From positions 1 through 48,117 of the forward strand of contig JANNXQ010000213.1 of the NCBI GenBank assembly GCA_031409655.1: DNA of 48,117 nt, written 5' to 3'. The translations under genes and the position numbers were made by a program. The notes beneath the pieces were generated by a model. That model worked only from the letters and a program-made list of their open reading frames with translations, searched no databases and had not been told where the DNA came from. Positions 29,153 through 38,083 of this stretch are shown here, piece after piece (the first letter of the stretch is position 1; each line of letters begins with the position of its first letter). Origin of the DNA: Chthoniobacteraceae bacterium (lineage in GTDB: Bacteria > Verrucomicrobiota > Verrucomicrobiia > Chthoniobacterales > Chthoniobacteraceae).

Positions 29153-29689
29153 ATGAAAACCAACCCCCTCCTCGTCCTTGTCCTCACCCTCCTCGTTTCC
29201 ATCTCCGCGACCCGTGCAGAAAATCCCGCCGACTTCACGCTCGATTCGGCGCTCGACGCGTCCAAATTCACCCTCTCGCACAACCGCCTCAAAGTCGTCG
29301 TGCTGCACTTTTTGCTGAAAACGGAGTGCCCGGTCTGCCTCCGGCACACGCATCTTTACGCCGAACTCGCCGCGACCACTCCGGATGTCGTGCACGTCTT
29401 CATCAAGCCCGACAGCAAGGCGGAGATAGAGGCGTGGGCACAAAAGATCGGCAAGGAGGGTCTGAAAGAATTGCCGCCGATTTACCGCGATCCGAATGCC
29501 AAATTGGCGGAGAAATACGGGATTCCCGATGGCTACTCTTTCCACGGGCAAACGGTGCGCTACCCTGCGCTGGTTGCGCTCGATGGCAGTGGCAAGGAAC
29601 TCTTCCGTTATGTCGGCAAGAGCAATTCAGACCGGATGAGCACCACGGACTTCACGGCGAAGCTAGCCGAGGCAACGGGGAAGAAATAG
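29153..29689 (+). CDS. Secreted thioredoxin-fold/redoxin protein
   Basis: Signal peptide, DFTL, CPVC motif, IYRDP...LA..YG, YPALV. Confidence 0.8.
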   Translation: MKTNPLLVLVLTLLVSISATRAENPADFTLDSALDASKFTLSHNRLKVVVLHFLLKTECPVCLRHTHLYAELAATTPDVVHVFIKPDSKAEIEAWAQKIGKEGLKELPPIYRDPNAKLAEKYGIPDGYSFHGQTVRYPALVALDGSGKELFRYVGKSNSDRMSTTDFTAKLAEATGKK

Positions 29690-29704
29690 CGACTGATGAT
29701 TCGA

Positions 29705-30069
29705 GTCGGCCCGAGGCAGGTTGCGCGGTGCTGATTCCAATCAAGAAAAACGCCAAGTGGTGGGCGATGACGCAGGACGAACGCCGGGCAATTTTTGAGG
29801 AGCAGTCGCATCACACGCAGATCGGCCTCGACTACCTGCCCGCCGTCGCGCGCCGCCTGCACCACTGCCGCGATTTGAGCGAAGCCGAGCCGTTCGACTT
29901 CCTGACTTGGTTCGAATTTGCAAAAGCGGACACCGCGGGTTTCGACAAGCTGCTGTCCCGGTTGCGCGCTTCTGAGGAATGGCAATACGTCGAGCACGAG
30001 GTGGAGATCCGCTTTGATTGCGCCCCCGCTTCGTCCGCTGGCGTTGACCGTGCCCAGGCCGGAGCGTAG
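29705..30069 (+). pseudogene. Chlorite dismutase-like heme protein, C-terminal fragment
   Basis: IPIKK...WW.MTQDERR, ARRLHHCRD, FDFLTWFE, LRASEEWQYV; no N-terminal half or start codon. Confidence 0.7.
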
Positions 30070-30078
30070 CCTGCGGCC

Positions 30079-30336
30079 ATGACGACGATTCTTTCCGCCG
30101 AGGGCCTGCTCGAAATCCCGGAAGCGTTCCGCAAAGCCGACGCGCTCCAGCCGGGCCAGCGTTGCGAAATCGAGCGAGTGGGCCGCGGCGAATATCGCTT
30201 GCGGATGGGCGAGATCGGTGCGGCTGCGGGGAACTGGGTCGAGTGGCTGCTGGCTTGTCCCGAGAAAGGCTGGTTCGTGGAGCCTGACCGCAGCGAGCGG
30301 ACTTCCCTGCAACCACCTGCTCTCTTTGCCGAGTGA
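30079..30336 (+). CDS. AbrB-like antitoxin
   Basis: TILSAEGLLEIPEAFR...L.PG; overlaps the PIN toxin start (GTGA). Confidence 0.75.
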   Translation: MTTILSAEGLLEIPEAFRKADALQPGQRCEIERVGRGEYRLRMGEIGAAAGNWVEWLLACPEKGWFVEPDRSERTSLQPPALFAE

Positions 30337-30740
30337 AGTATCTCGCGGACGTCAACGTGCTCTCGGAGCCGACCAAGCCGCAGGCAAACCCGAGGGTCGT
30401 GCAATGGTTGCTCGCGAACTACGCGGAGATTGTCGTGGACCCGATCGTGATGGGTGAGTTGTGGGAGGGCATCGTCGCGCTGCCCGATGGTCGGCGGAAA
30501 GAAAACCTCGCGGCGTGGTTTCAGCAAAGTCCCGCCGGGCTGGTCTGCCTGGACTGGACGCTGCGCACGGCGGTCGTGTGGGCGGAATTGCGCGACGCCG
30601 TTCGACGCCGCGGCTTCACCGTGCCGGTAAAAGACACCATGATCGCGGCCACCGCGCAGCTTCATGGCCTGACCGTCGCGACGCGCAATGTGGACGATTT
30701 CACGCACTGCGGCGTGCCGGTGGTGAATCCGTTCGCGTGA
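30333..30740 (+). CDS. vapC: PIN-domain toxin
   Basis: YLADVNVLSE, DTMIAATA, TRNVDDF, VNPF. Confidence 0.93.
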   Translation: MKYLADVNVLSEPTKPQANPRVVQWLLANYAEIVVDPIVMGELWEGIVALPDGRRKENLAAWFQQSPAGLVCLDWTLRTAVVWAELRDAVRRRGFTVPVKDTMIAATAQLHGLTVATRNVDDFTHCGVPVVNPFA

Positions 30741-30870
30741 GGCGCGGCGTCGCGTGCAACGCGACTCGCAAAACGCAGCGGCGAAGTTTTGCGGCAGCAT
30801 CGTGCGCACTTCCCGTGCGGTCCTTGGAATGGACCGCTGTTTTCGCCCGTCTCCATTTCAACCACCTGCC

Positions 30871-31047
30871 ATGAAGCTTCATCTCTTCTCTCTCCTCCTC
30901 GCCGCACCGCTGTCCTGCACCGCGCAACCCATCGAAACCGGCACGGCGAAGTGGGGCCGCGATCCCGATGAGATGACGAACAAGCGGACGCCCTTATTCC
31001 CGCCGCATGGAAAAAACGCGGTGGAGGTGATGGGTGCAGGGAAGTAA
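30871..31047 (+). pseudogene. Truncated or chimeric secreted protein remnant
   Basis: Signal peptide plus QPIETGTAKWGRD (resembles the N-terminus of VPGUxxT thioredoxin-like proteins), then an unrelated tail. Confidence 0.35.
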
Positions 31048-31112
31048 GATCGCCGCGCACGATCGAAGCACCTCCGGCGCTGCCCGTGCGTAAAGATTCT
31101 TAAGGCAACGTT

Positions 31113-31140
31113 GTAAGGATGTTTCGGATCCCGCGACGAA
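31113..31140 (+). promoter_or_regulatory. Putative ECF promoter (GMC-VOC)
   Basis: GTAAGGA-N14-CGACGAA, 8 nt before ATG 31149. Confidence 0.8.
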
Positions 31141-31148
31141 TCGGGACC

Positions 31149-32747
31149 ATGAGCACCGACAAACACTACGATTTCATCATCATTGGCACCGGAGCAGGCG
31201 GCGGGACGCTGGCCTGGAAACTGGCGCCGAGCGGCAAGCGCATCCTCGTCATCGAACGCGGGCCGTATGTGCCGCGCGAAAAGGACAACTGGAGCTCCCA
31301 GGCGGTGAACGCCGAGGGCAAATACAACACGAAGGAATCGTGGCGCGATGTGGATGGGAAGCCGATGCATCCGCACACGAACTACTACGTCGGCGGCAAC
31401 ACGAAGTTTTACGGAGCGGCGCTCTTCCGGCTGCGCGCGGAGGACTTCGGCGAGCTCAAACATCATGGCGGCATCTCGCCGGCGTGGCCGATTTCGTATG
31501 ATGAAATGGAGCCGCACTACACGGCAGCGGAAGAGCTCTACCACGTCCACGGCGCGACGGGCGAAGACCCGACGGAACCCTGGCATAGCGCGCCGTATCC
31601 GTATCCCGCGGTGAGCCACGAGCGGCGCATCCAGCTCCTCAGCGAGGACTTTGCCGCACAGGGCTTGCGTCCTTTTCACACCCCGCTCGGCGTGATGCTG
31701 AATGAAAGCGATCCGCACAAGAGCGCCTGCATCCGCTGCAATACTTGCGACGGCTTTCCCTGTCTGATCAACGCGAAGTCTGACTCGCAGGTCTGCTGCG
31801 TGGACCCGGCGCTGGAGAGTCCAAATGTGACGCTGATGACCGAGGCGAAGGTGACGCGCCTAGAGACGAGCGCTTCGGGCCGCGAGGTGACCGGCGTGGT
31901 CGTGGAACGCAAGGGCGCGACGGAGACTTACTCGGCGGACATCGTCGTCGTCGCGGGTGGTGCGATCAATTCCGCGGCCCTGCTGCTGCGCTCGGCGAAT
32001 GACAAGCATCCGCGCGGACTCGCGAACGGTTCGGACGTCGTGGGGCGGCACTACATGGGGCACACGAACTCCGTGCTCATGGCGCTCTCGAAATGCGAGA
32101 ACCCGACGGTTTTCCAAAAGACGATGTCGGTGAATGACTTCTACTTCGCGAACGACGAGTGGGAGTTTCCGATGGGGCACATTTCCTTTGTCGGAAAGCT
32201 CGACGGCGACACGCTCAAAGCAGGCGCTCCGGCCATCGCGCCAGGCTGGACGCTCGACCTCATGGGCAAACACTCGATCGATTTCTGGCTGACCAGCGAA
32301 GACCTGCCCGCGCCGGAGAACCGCGTGACGCTCGACAGCGAGGGGAACATCGTCCTCGCCTACACGCCGAACAATGAGGCGGGCCACAAGCGGCTGATCA
32401 AGAAGCTGGAGCACCTGCTGAACACGCAATGCAAATGTCCGCATCACGCCCACGACTGCCACGAGGGCCTCTTCGCGCGGAATCTCTTCCTCGGCCAGCG
32501 CATCCCGCTCGCCGGAGTCGCGCATCAGAATGGCACCATCCGCTTCGGCCACGATCCGATGACCAGCGCGCTCGACGTGAACTGCAAGGCGCACGAACTC
32601 GACAACCTCTACGTCGTTGACGGCAGCTTCTTCCCGTCGAGCGCGGCGGTGAATCCCGGGCTCACCATCATCGCGAATGCGCTGCGCGTCGGGCAGCATT
32701 TGTTGGAGCGTGCCGGCGTCAGCGTGAAAGAGGAGGTTTTCGCATGA
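31149..32747 (+). CDS. GMC family oxidoreductase
   Basis: IGTGAGGG, VGGNTKFYGA, C..C..CDGFPC, AHQNGT, NLYVVDGSFFP, NPGLTI. Confidence 0.95.
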   Translation: MSTDKHYDFIIIGTGAGGGTLAWKLAPSGKRILVIERGPYVPREKDNWSSQAVNAEGKYNTKESWRDVDGKPMHPHTNYYVGGNTKFYGAALFRLRAEDFGELKHHGGISPAWPISYDEMEPHYTAAEELYHVHGATGEDPTEPWHSAPYPYPAVSHERRIQLLSEDFAAQGLRPFHTPLGVMLNESDPHKSACIRCNTCDGFPCLINAKSDSQVCCVDPALESPNVTLMTEAKVTRLETSASGREVTGVVVERKGATETYSADIVVVAGGAINSAALLLRSANDKHPRGLANGSDVVGRHYMGHTNSVLMALSKCENPTVFQKTMSVNDFYFANDEWEFPMGHISFVGKLDGDTLKAGAPAIAPGWTLDLMGKHSIDFWLTSEDLPAPENRVTLDSEGNIVLAYTPNNEAGHKRLIKKLEHLLNTQCKCPHHAHDCHEGLFARNLFLGQRIPLAGVAHQNGTIRFGHDPMTSALDVNCKAHELDNLYVVDGSFFPSSAAVNPGLTIIANALRVGQHLLERAGVSVKEEVFA

Positions 32748-34525
32748 GTGCGCGATCAAGGAGCCGCGGCAGCCTGCCGCGTGTCAAAAACCAAGGGCGC
32801 AGGCTGCGCCCTCTCCTTGAGTCACTCGATCCCTTTCACCAACTCGCTCTCGAAGTGGACAAACTCGCCTGCTGGCAGCCGCGCCTTGGTCGGATTGCGG
32901 CGAATGTAGCGGACGCAATTCGTGAAGTGCGTCTCGTCCCGCACCAGCCGATCAAAGTAATCGCGCTGCCAAAACTGGGAGGGGCGCCTGCCAGGTGCCT
33001 TCGACGGCTGGCAGCCGTCGCTCCTTTCCAGCAGCGCGTTGATTCGGTTCGCGGTGAAACTTTTCCAAGTGTGCAACACCTTCTCCAGCGCCCAAGCAGC
33101 GTGCAGCGAGAAGAGCACGTGGACATGGTTCGGCATGACAACCCAGGCGTGCTGGACGTAACGGTCGCCGTCGAAACGTCGGAGACACTCGGCCACAACG
33201 CCCGCCGGCTCAGGTCGGCGCAACGCACACGACCCGTGTCCGGCATCGAGCCAGCGCTCCACCGCGCCGGAGAAACGCCGATGGTATTCGCGTTCGGTCG
33301 CCGCATCCCACGGCTCGGGGTGATGCTTCAGCCAAGCCACACGCTCCTCCTCAAGCCGGTCGCGAAGTTCGCGGGGAATCGAGTCGGCCAAATGAAAGGT
33401 GACGAAGTAAGTGGCGCCGGGTTGCTGCCAATGAGGGAGCCGACTCTTCGTGCGGCGAATGTCGTCCCACCGATTGAAGAACGTGAGGCCGTCCATGCCC
33501 CAACAAGGAGCGGGGCCAGCCTGGCCCCGTCGAGCAGAAATTTGGCGGCTGGCAGCCGCCGCTCCTTGGGGGTCGCTCTCGCGATTCTTCTTTTTCTCGT
33601 TTCCTTGGCGAGCGGAGAGCCGCTGAAGCCGCTGGCGGTCGGCCCGATCGGGATGACCGTCGCGGACATGGATCGCTCGGTCGCGTTTTTTTGCGAGGTG
33701 CTGGCGTTTGAGAAAACGGCCGATGCGGAGTTTCACGACGACGCGTTTGACCGGCTGCAAGGCGTCTTCGGAGCGCGGGTGCGCGTGGTGGATCTGCGCC
33801 TCGGCGAAGAGACCATTCGGCTCACGCAGTATCTCACGCCGCAGGGCCGCCCGATCCCGGTGGACTCGCGGAGCAATGACCGCTGGTTCCAGCACATCGC
33901 GATCGTCGTGCGCGACATGGACGCCGCCTACGCCCGCCTGCGCGAGCACAAGGTGCGGCCTGTCTCCACCGTGCCGCAGACGCTGCCGGAGTGGAACAAG
34001 GGCGCCGCGGGCATCCGCGCGTTCTATTTCCGCGATCCCGACAATCACAACCTGGAGCTGATCTACTTCCCCGCCGGGAAAGGCGACCCGCGCTGGCAGC
34101 AGAAAACGGATGCGCTCTTCCTCGGCATCGATCACACCGCCATTGCCGTCGCTGACACCGACACAAGCCTGCGCTTTTACCGCGACACGCTCGGCCTGCG
34201 CGTGGCGGGCGAGAGCGAGAACTACGGCCCCGAGCAGGAGCATCTGAACCACGTCTTCGGCGCGCGGGTGCGCATCACCGGGCTGCGTGCGCCGAAGGGA
34301 CCGGGCATCGAGTTCCTCGAATATCTCGCGCCACGCGATGGCCGCGCCTTTCCGCCCGATGTGCAGCCGAGCGACGTGGTGCATTGGCAGACGACCGTCA
34401 TCGTGCAATCAGCCGAGCCAGTCGCTCGTTCTCCCATCGACATCGCGAAGCTCCCGCTTGGCGGTCGCCGCGCCGCTCTGGTGCGCGATCCCGACGGACA
34501 TGCGGTGCAACTCACTGAACCATGA
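32744..34525 (+). CDS. VOC/glyoxalase family protein whose N-terminus carries an antisense RAYT-REP insert
   Basis: ATG coupled to the GMC stop; hydrophobic signal and VOC domain (TVADMDRS..FF, QHIAIVV, DPD.H.LE) begin after ~33570. Confidence 0.8.
   Translation: MSARSRSRGSLPRVKNQGRRLRPLLESLDPFHQLALEVDKLACWQPRLGRIAANVADAIREVRLVPHQPIKVIALPKLGGAPARCLRRLAAVAPFQQRVDSVRGETFPSVQHLLQRPSSVQREEHVDMVRHDNPGVLDVTVAVETSETLGHNARRLRSAQRTRPVSGIEPALHRAGETPMVFAFGRRIPRLGVMLQPSHTLLLKPVAKFAGNRVGQMKGDEVSGAGLLPMREPTLRAANVVPPIEEREAVHAPTRSGASLAPSSRNLAAGSRRSLGVALAILLFLVSLASGEPLKPLAVGPIGMTVADMDRSVAFFCEVLAFEKTADAEFHDDAFDRLQGVFGARVRVVDLRLGEETIRLTQYLTPQGRPIPVDSRSNDRWFQHIAIVVRDMDAAYARLREHKVRPVSTVPQTLPEWNKGAAGIRAFYFRDPDNHNLELIYFPAGKGDPRWQQKTDALFLGIDHTAIAVADTDTSLRFYRDTLGLRVAGESENYGPEQEHLNHVFGARVRITGLRAPKGPGIEFLEYLAPRDGRAFPPDVQPSDVVHWQTTVIVQSAEPVARSPIDIAKLPLGGRRAALVRDPDGHAVQLTEP
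32757..32819. repeat. REP doublet flanking RAYT (downstream)
   Basis: CAAGGAGCCGCGGCAGCCTGCCGCG...AGGGCGCAGGCTGCGCCCT-CTCCTTG. Confidence 0.85.
32822..33496 (-). CDS. REP-associated tyrosine transposase (RAYT, IS200/Y1-like)
   Basis: LPHW....TYFVTF.LADS, WVVMPNHVH (HUH), WQRDYFDR..RD, YIRRNP; flanked by REP doublets. Confidence 0.92.
   Translation of the reverse strand: MDGLTFFNRWDDIRRTKSRLPHWQQPGATYFVTFHLADSIPRELRDRLEEERVAWLKHHPEPWDAATEREYHRRFSGAVERWLDAGHGSCALRRPEPAGVVAECLRRFDGDRYVQHAWVVMPNHVHVLFSLHAAWALEKVLHTWKSFTANRINALLERSDGCQPSKAPGRRPSQFWQRDYFDRLVRDETHFTNCVRYIRRNPTKARLPAGEFVHFESELVKGIE
32977..33026. repeat. Degenerate REP doublet inside the RAYT gene
   Basis: GGAGGGGCGCCTGCCAGGTGCC...CGACGGCTGGCAGCCGTCGCTCCTT; encodes ERSDGCQPSKAPGRRPS. 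Confidence 0.7.
33504..33568. repeat. REP doublet flanking RAYT (upstream)
   Basis: CAAGGAGCGGGGCCAGCCTGGCCCCG...GGCGGCTGGCAGCCGCCGCTCCTTG. Confidence 0.85.
34398..34525 (+). repeat. 128-bp direct repeat, copy 1 (VOC 3' end)
   Basis: Matches 36492-36619 with 3 substitutions. Confidence 0.9.
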
Positions 34526-34538
34526 GAGAACCTGAAAC

Positions 34539-35147
34539 TCACCTCTCGATCTCTTTCGTGAAAAAGTCTGACAGCTTTTCCAACGTGCGAGCAAACGACG
34601 GTATTGAAGAAGCCTCGGCGAAGCTAAAAGCTGCGGTCAGCCTCGGTTGGTGATTCGGCTCGTTGTATGGAACTCCCATGCGGGCTGCCAACCAAGCCTT
34701 GGCATCCCTCGAGGATTCGGGATCGGCTGGTGGCTCGATGTCGGCCGGCAAATTGCAGACTCCCTGGAGCGAATGGGCCGCAGCCAAAAACCAAGTTTCG
34801 TATTCTCGATAAGCAAGGGTAACGAGGATGGCGGTATCTGGCCGGCAACTGATCGCTCGCTGGAGAATAGCTGGTCCAACGACAGCGGGACAATCGTCTT
34901 CACAGTCCAAAAGAATCCAGACACATGACTTCGACCACGGCTTAACCTTACGAGCCGCCAATTCCACATGCTTCTGAAAATAGTCTTCATCACGGAGAAA
35001 CGAGCCCGACTTTATCCGCAACGGCGGATTGATCTTCAATTCGAGCGCCGGCGCATATTCGGCAGCGATCCGTCGCAGCAGGATGGGCACGGCCTGAACC
35101 TCTCCATGCCCCTCCACTATCGGAGCAACAAAGGCGACCCCGCTCAT
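34539..35147 (-). CDS. DUF4276-like (TOPRIM-fold) protein
   Basis: IVEGHGE..AVP.LLRR, LLDCEDDCP, EYETWFLA, SIPSF; coupled to the ATPase. Confidence 0.8.
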   Translation of the reverse strand: MSGVAFVAPIVEGHGEVQAVPILLRRIAAEYAPALELKINPPLRIKSGSFLRDEDYFQKHVELAARKVKPWSKSCVWILLDCEDDCPAVVGPAILQRAISCRPDTAILVTLAYREYETWFLAAAHSLQGVCNLPADIEPPADPESSRDAKAWLAARMGVPYNEPNHQPRLTAAFSFAEASSIPSFARTLEKLSDFFTKEIER

Positions 35148-36346
35148 GCGCCGAGTTCAAACAGTTTGAGTTGACGCTCGTCTTGAATCTCTTTGAACGA
35201 CTCCGATGAAGGCGACAACTGGTTCTGCCGAAGCAATTCGCCCGGGGTAAAAAGGCGATCACGCAACACGGATCGACCGGCGTCATCGACTGGCCCAATG
35301 ACGGTTACTCCATCACGGCTCTCAACCGCGAGGATGGAACCATCCGGGATGTTGGAGTCATCGAGCAGATCCGGGCTGTGACTAGTGACGACCACCTGAG
35401 AACTCGTGCTTGCCTCCTGGAGCGCCCCGAGCAGCACACCGGTCGCGGCAGGGTGCAGTGCGACTTCAGGTTCTTCCAAGCCGACGAACTGTGGAGCTTC
35501 GCCATTTCGTCCACGTCCTTGGAACAGTGCGAGCAACACTCCGAACGCCCGCAGCGTTCCATCGGACATACTGGAAGCCAAAAACCGCCACGCATGCTGC
35601 TGCCCTTTGACTCCCTGTCGAAACTCCAGTGTCTCCTGAGATCCCAAAACTTTGGGTTCCACTCCAGACACACCAGGAACAATTCGACCCAGATAGGAAG
35701 CGATTTCCTCGCGGGTCGATTCCGGCAGACGGGAGAAAACGCTCGCGCTGTTCCAGCCTTCGCGGGCGAGCAAATCTCCCGCGTCTGGTTTCTGCATTGC
35801 CGCGATTTCGCGCGGGTTCAGGTTGTAGAAACTCATTCGGGAAAGCGCGTCATAGACTGGTCTGAACTCAGGCAGGCCCGCCGCCGCTACGAGAAAAAGC
35901 CGGTCAGGGACGGCTGGAGGAAGAACCTCGGCGGATGACTTCAACACCGTCCCTCCGCGGACGTGAAAATGCGCCTCTTTCATGCTATTCCCAGCGAACG
36001 AAAGGCTGCACTCCTCGTTTTGAACTTCAAAGCCACCGGAGGGCTTGGCTCCGATGCGGAACGAGTAGTGTCCGATAGCGCCATTCAACAGTGTGAAGTC
36101 TAGGCGGATAGCGAAGTGATTGGGATGTCCTCCGCTTCTCCTCCGAACCTCCTTGATGGTGCCGCGATCACGCAACGCGTGATCGAGCGTCGTACTCAGC
36201 GCGTCGGAGACGAATCGCAACGCATCGAGAAAATTGCTTTTTCCTGAACCATTGGGGCCAACCAAAAACGTGAGCGCCTTCAAATCCACACGACAACTCG
36301 CAATGCTCTTGTAGTTGCGAAGCGTGACTGTGGAGATCAGGGGCAT
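35144..36346 (-). CDS. AAA_15/AAA_21 ABC-type ATPase
   Basis: GPNGSGKSN Walker A, MSDGTLR signature, LEEPE.ALHP, TSHSP. Confidence 0.92.
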   Translation of the reverse strand: MPLISTVTLRNYKSIASCRVDLKALTFLVGPNGSGKSNFLDALRFVSDALSTTLDHALRDRGTIKEVRRRSGGHPNHFAIRLDFTLLNGAIGHYSFRIGAKPSGGFEVQNEECSLSFAGNSMKEAHFHVRGGTVLKSSAEVLPPAVPDRLFLVAAAGLPEFRPVYDALSRMSFYNLNPREIAAMQKPDAGDLLAREGWNSASVFSRLPESTREEIASYLGRIVPGVSGVEPKVLGSQETLEFRQGVKGQQHAWRFLASSMSDGTLRAFGVLLALFQGRGRNGEAPQFVGLEEPEVALHPAATGVLLGALQEASTSSQVVVTSHSPDLLDDSNIPDGSILAVESRDGVTVIGPVDDAGRSVLRDRLFTPGELLRQNQLSPSSESFKEIQDERQLKLFELGA

Positions 36347-36403
36347 AGAGGAAGCCTACGCAGAACGGGCGATGGAGGTGCAGAAAAAATCCATTTCCGC
36401 GAC

Positions 36404-36431
36404 GTAAGGATTCCAAGCCCAACCCGACGAA
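36404..36431 (+). promoter_or_regulatory. Putative ECF promoter (msr operon)
   Basis: GTAAGGA-N14-CGACGAA. Confidence 0.8.
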
Positions 36432-36491
36432 GAGGGGAGCTGGCAATCGATTGCACTGGCCAAATTCATGAAACGCATCCGCCTCCACTCC

Positions 36492-36619
36492 TCATCGTGC
36501 AATCAGCCGAGCCAGTCGCTCGTTCTCCCATCGACATCACGAAGCTCCCGCTTGGCGGTCGCCGCGCCGCTCTGGTGCGCGATCCCGACGGACACGCGGT
36601 GCAACTCACTGAACCCTGA
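36492..36619 (+). repeat. 128-bp direct repeat, copy 2
   Basis: Duplicate of 34398-34525, directly before the msr ATG. Confidence 0.9.
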
Positions 36620-36622
36620 CCT

Positions 36623-37666
36623 ATGACCAAACGCACTTTTCTCACGACGATCCTCGGCAGCGCGGGCATTCTCGCCGCGGCCAGCCAGCTCCACTTCCGC
36701 AAAGGCTCTACGAATATGAATACCGACACCTCACCTGTCACCGTCCGCCTGCTCGATGAATCCGGCGCGCTCACCGCGCCGATCTCGGTGCCGAAGGTCG
36801 TGAAGTCCGACGCGGCCTGGCGCGTGCAGCTCACCGACGAACAGTTTCGCGTCACGCGCACGGAGGGCACCGAGCGCGCGTTCTGCGGCATCTTTCACGA
36901 CAACCACAAGGCGGGTCTCTACACCTGCGTCGGCTGCGGACTGCCGCTCTTTCGCTCGGATGCGAAATTTGAGTCCGGCACGGGCTGGCCGAGCTTCTTC
37001 CAGCCGGTCGCGAAGGAGAACATCGGCGAGACGCGCGACGTGAGCTTTGGCATGGCCCGCACGGAGGTCCACTGCGCGCGGTGCGACTCGCATTTCGGGC
37101 ATGTCTTCGAGGACGGGCCGGCGCCGACCGGGCTGCGCTATTGCATGAACTCCGCGTCGATGTCCTTTCGCGAGGATGGGGCGAAGCCGGCGCGGGAAAA
37201 GGCGCTCTTCGGCGCGGGTTGCTTTTGGGGCGTCGAGGCGGATTTCGCGAAAGTGAAAGGTGTGACGGCCACACGGGTCGGCTACTCCGGCGGCATGACG
37301 AAGAACCCGAGCTATGACGACGTGTGCGCGCACAACACCGGCCATGCCGAGGTGGTCGAGGTGGAATACGATCCCGCGCAACTCAACTTCGCCGCGCTGC
37401 TCGATGCCTTTTGGGAAGCGCATGATCCGACCACGCATCATCGCCAGGGGCCGGACGTGGGCAGCCAGTATCGGTCAGCGATCTTTTTCACCACGCCCGA
37501 GCAGGAAGCCGCGGCCCGCGCATCCGCAGCACGACTGGAAAAGAGCGGTAAACTTTCCGGCGCAATCACGACCGAGATCGCGCTCGCGACGCCGTTCTAC
37601 GCGGCGGAGGAGTATCACCAGAAATACTACGCGAAAAAGGGCGGCGGGAGCTGCCGCATCCCATGA
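36623..37666 (+). CDS. msrAB: Bifunctional methionine sulfoxide reductase MsrB-MsrA with Tat-like leader
   Basis: [22 protein letters not shown] (MsrB); [26 protein letters not shown] (MsrA). Confidence 0.96.
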   Translation: MTKRTFLTTILGSAGILAAASQLHFRKGSTNMNTDTSPVTVRLLDESGALTAPISVPKVVKSDAAWRVQLTDEQFRVTRTEGTERAFCGIFHDNHKAGLYTCVGCGLPLFRSDAKFESGTGWPSFFQPVAKENIGETRDVSFGMARTEVHCARCDSHFGHVFEDGPAPTGLRYCMNSASMSFREDGAKPAREKALFGAGCFWGVEADFAKVKGVTATRVGYSGGMTKNPSYDDVCAHNTGHAEVVEVEYDPAQLNFAALLDAFWEAHDPTTHHRQGPDVGSQYRSAIFFTTPEQEAAARASAARLEKSGKLSGAITTEIALATPFYAAEEYHQKYYAKKGGGSCRIP

Positions 37667-38082
37667 TCGAAAGCGTCTTCACCGCGCTGGTGAATACCGC
37701 CGCGATTTATGCCGGGTGCGGTTTGATCGTCGCGGTGCTCTTCCTCGCACTTTGGTGCAAGTCATTCGATCCATCGGCAATGGAAGGTTCGTGGGGCTTT
37801 CGCGTGCTCATCGTGCCGGGGATCGTCGCACTTTGGCCGGTAATTCTCGCGAAAGTGCTGGCCGTCCGGCGCGGCGGCAGCGCGCAGGGACCGGCGGAAA
37901 CTCCGGTCCGGCAGGAGACGCTGCGGCGCAATCACGGGCTCGCGTTCATCGCACTGGCGATCCTCGGACCGCTGCTTTTCGCGGTGGCATTTGTCTGGCG
38001 CGCGCCGGAGATCCCAAGGAGCGGCGGCAGCCTGCCGCCGGTGGCGCTCCAGGGCGGCAAGCTGCCGCCCCTCCCTGAATAA
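37663..38082 (+). CDS. Small membrane protein
   Basis: Three hydrophobic segments, [13 protein letters not shown]; translationally coupled; tail encoded by a REP doublet. Confidence 0.7.
   Translation: MIESVFTALVNTAAIYAGCGLIVAVLFLALWCKSFDPSAMEGSWGFRVLIVPGIVALWPVILAKVLAVRRGGSAQGPAETPVRQETLRRNHGLAFIALAILGPLLFAVAFVWRAPEIPRSGGSLPPVALQGGKLPPLPE
38015..38077. repeat. REP doublet forming the C-terminus of 37663-38082
   Basis: CAAGGAGCGGCGGCAGCCTGCCGCCG...GGGCGGCAAGCTGCCGCCC-CTCCCTG. Confidence 0.85.
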
Positions 38083-38083
38083 C

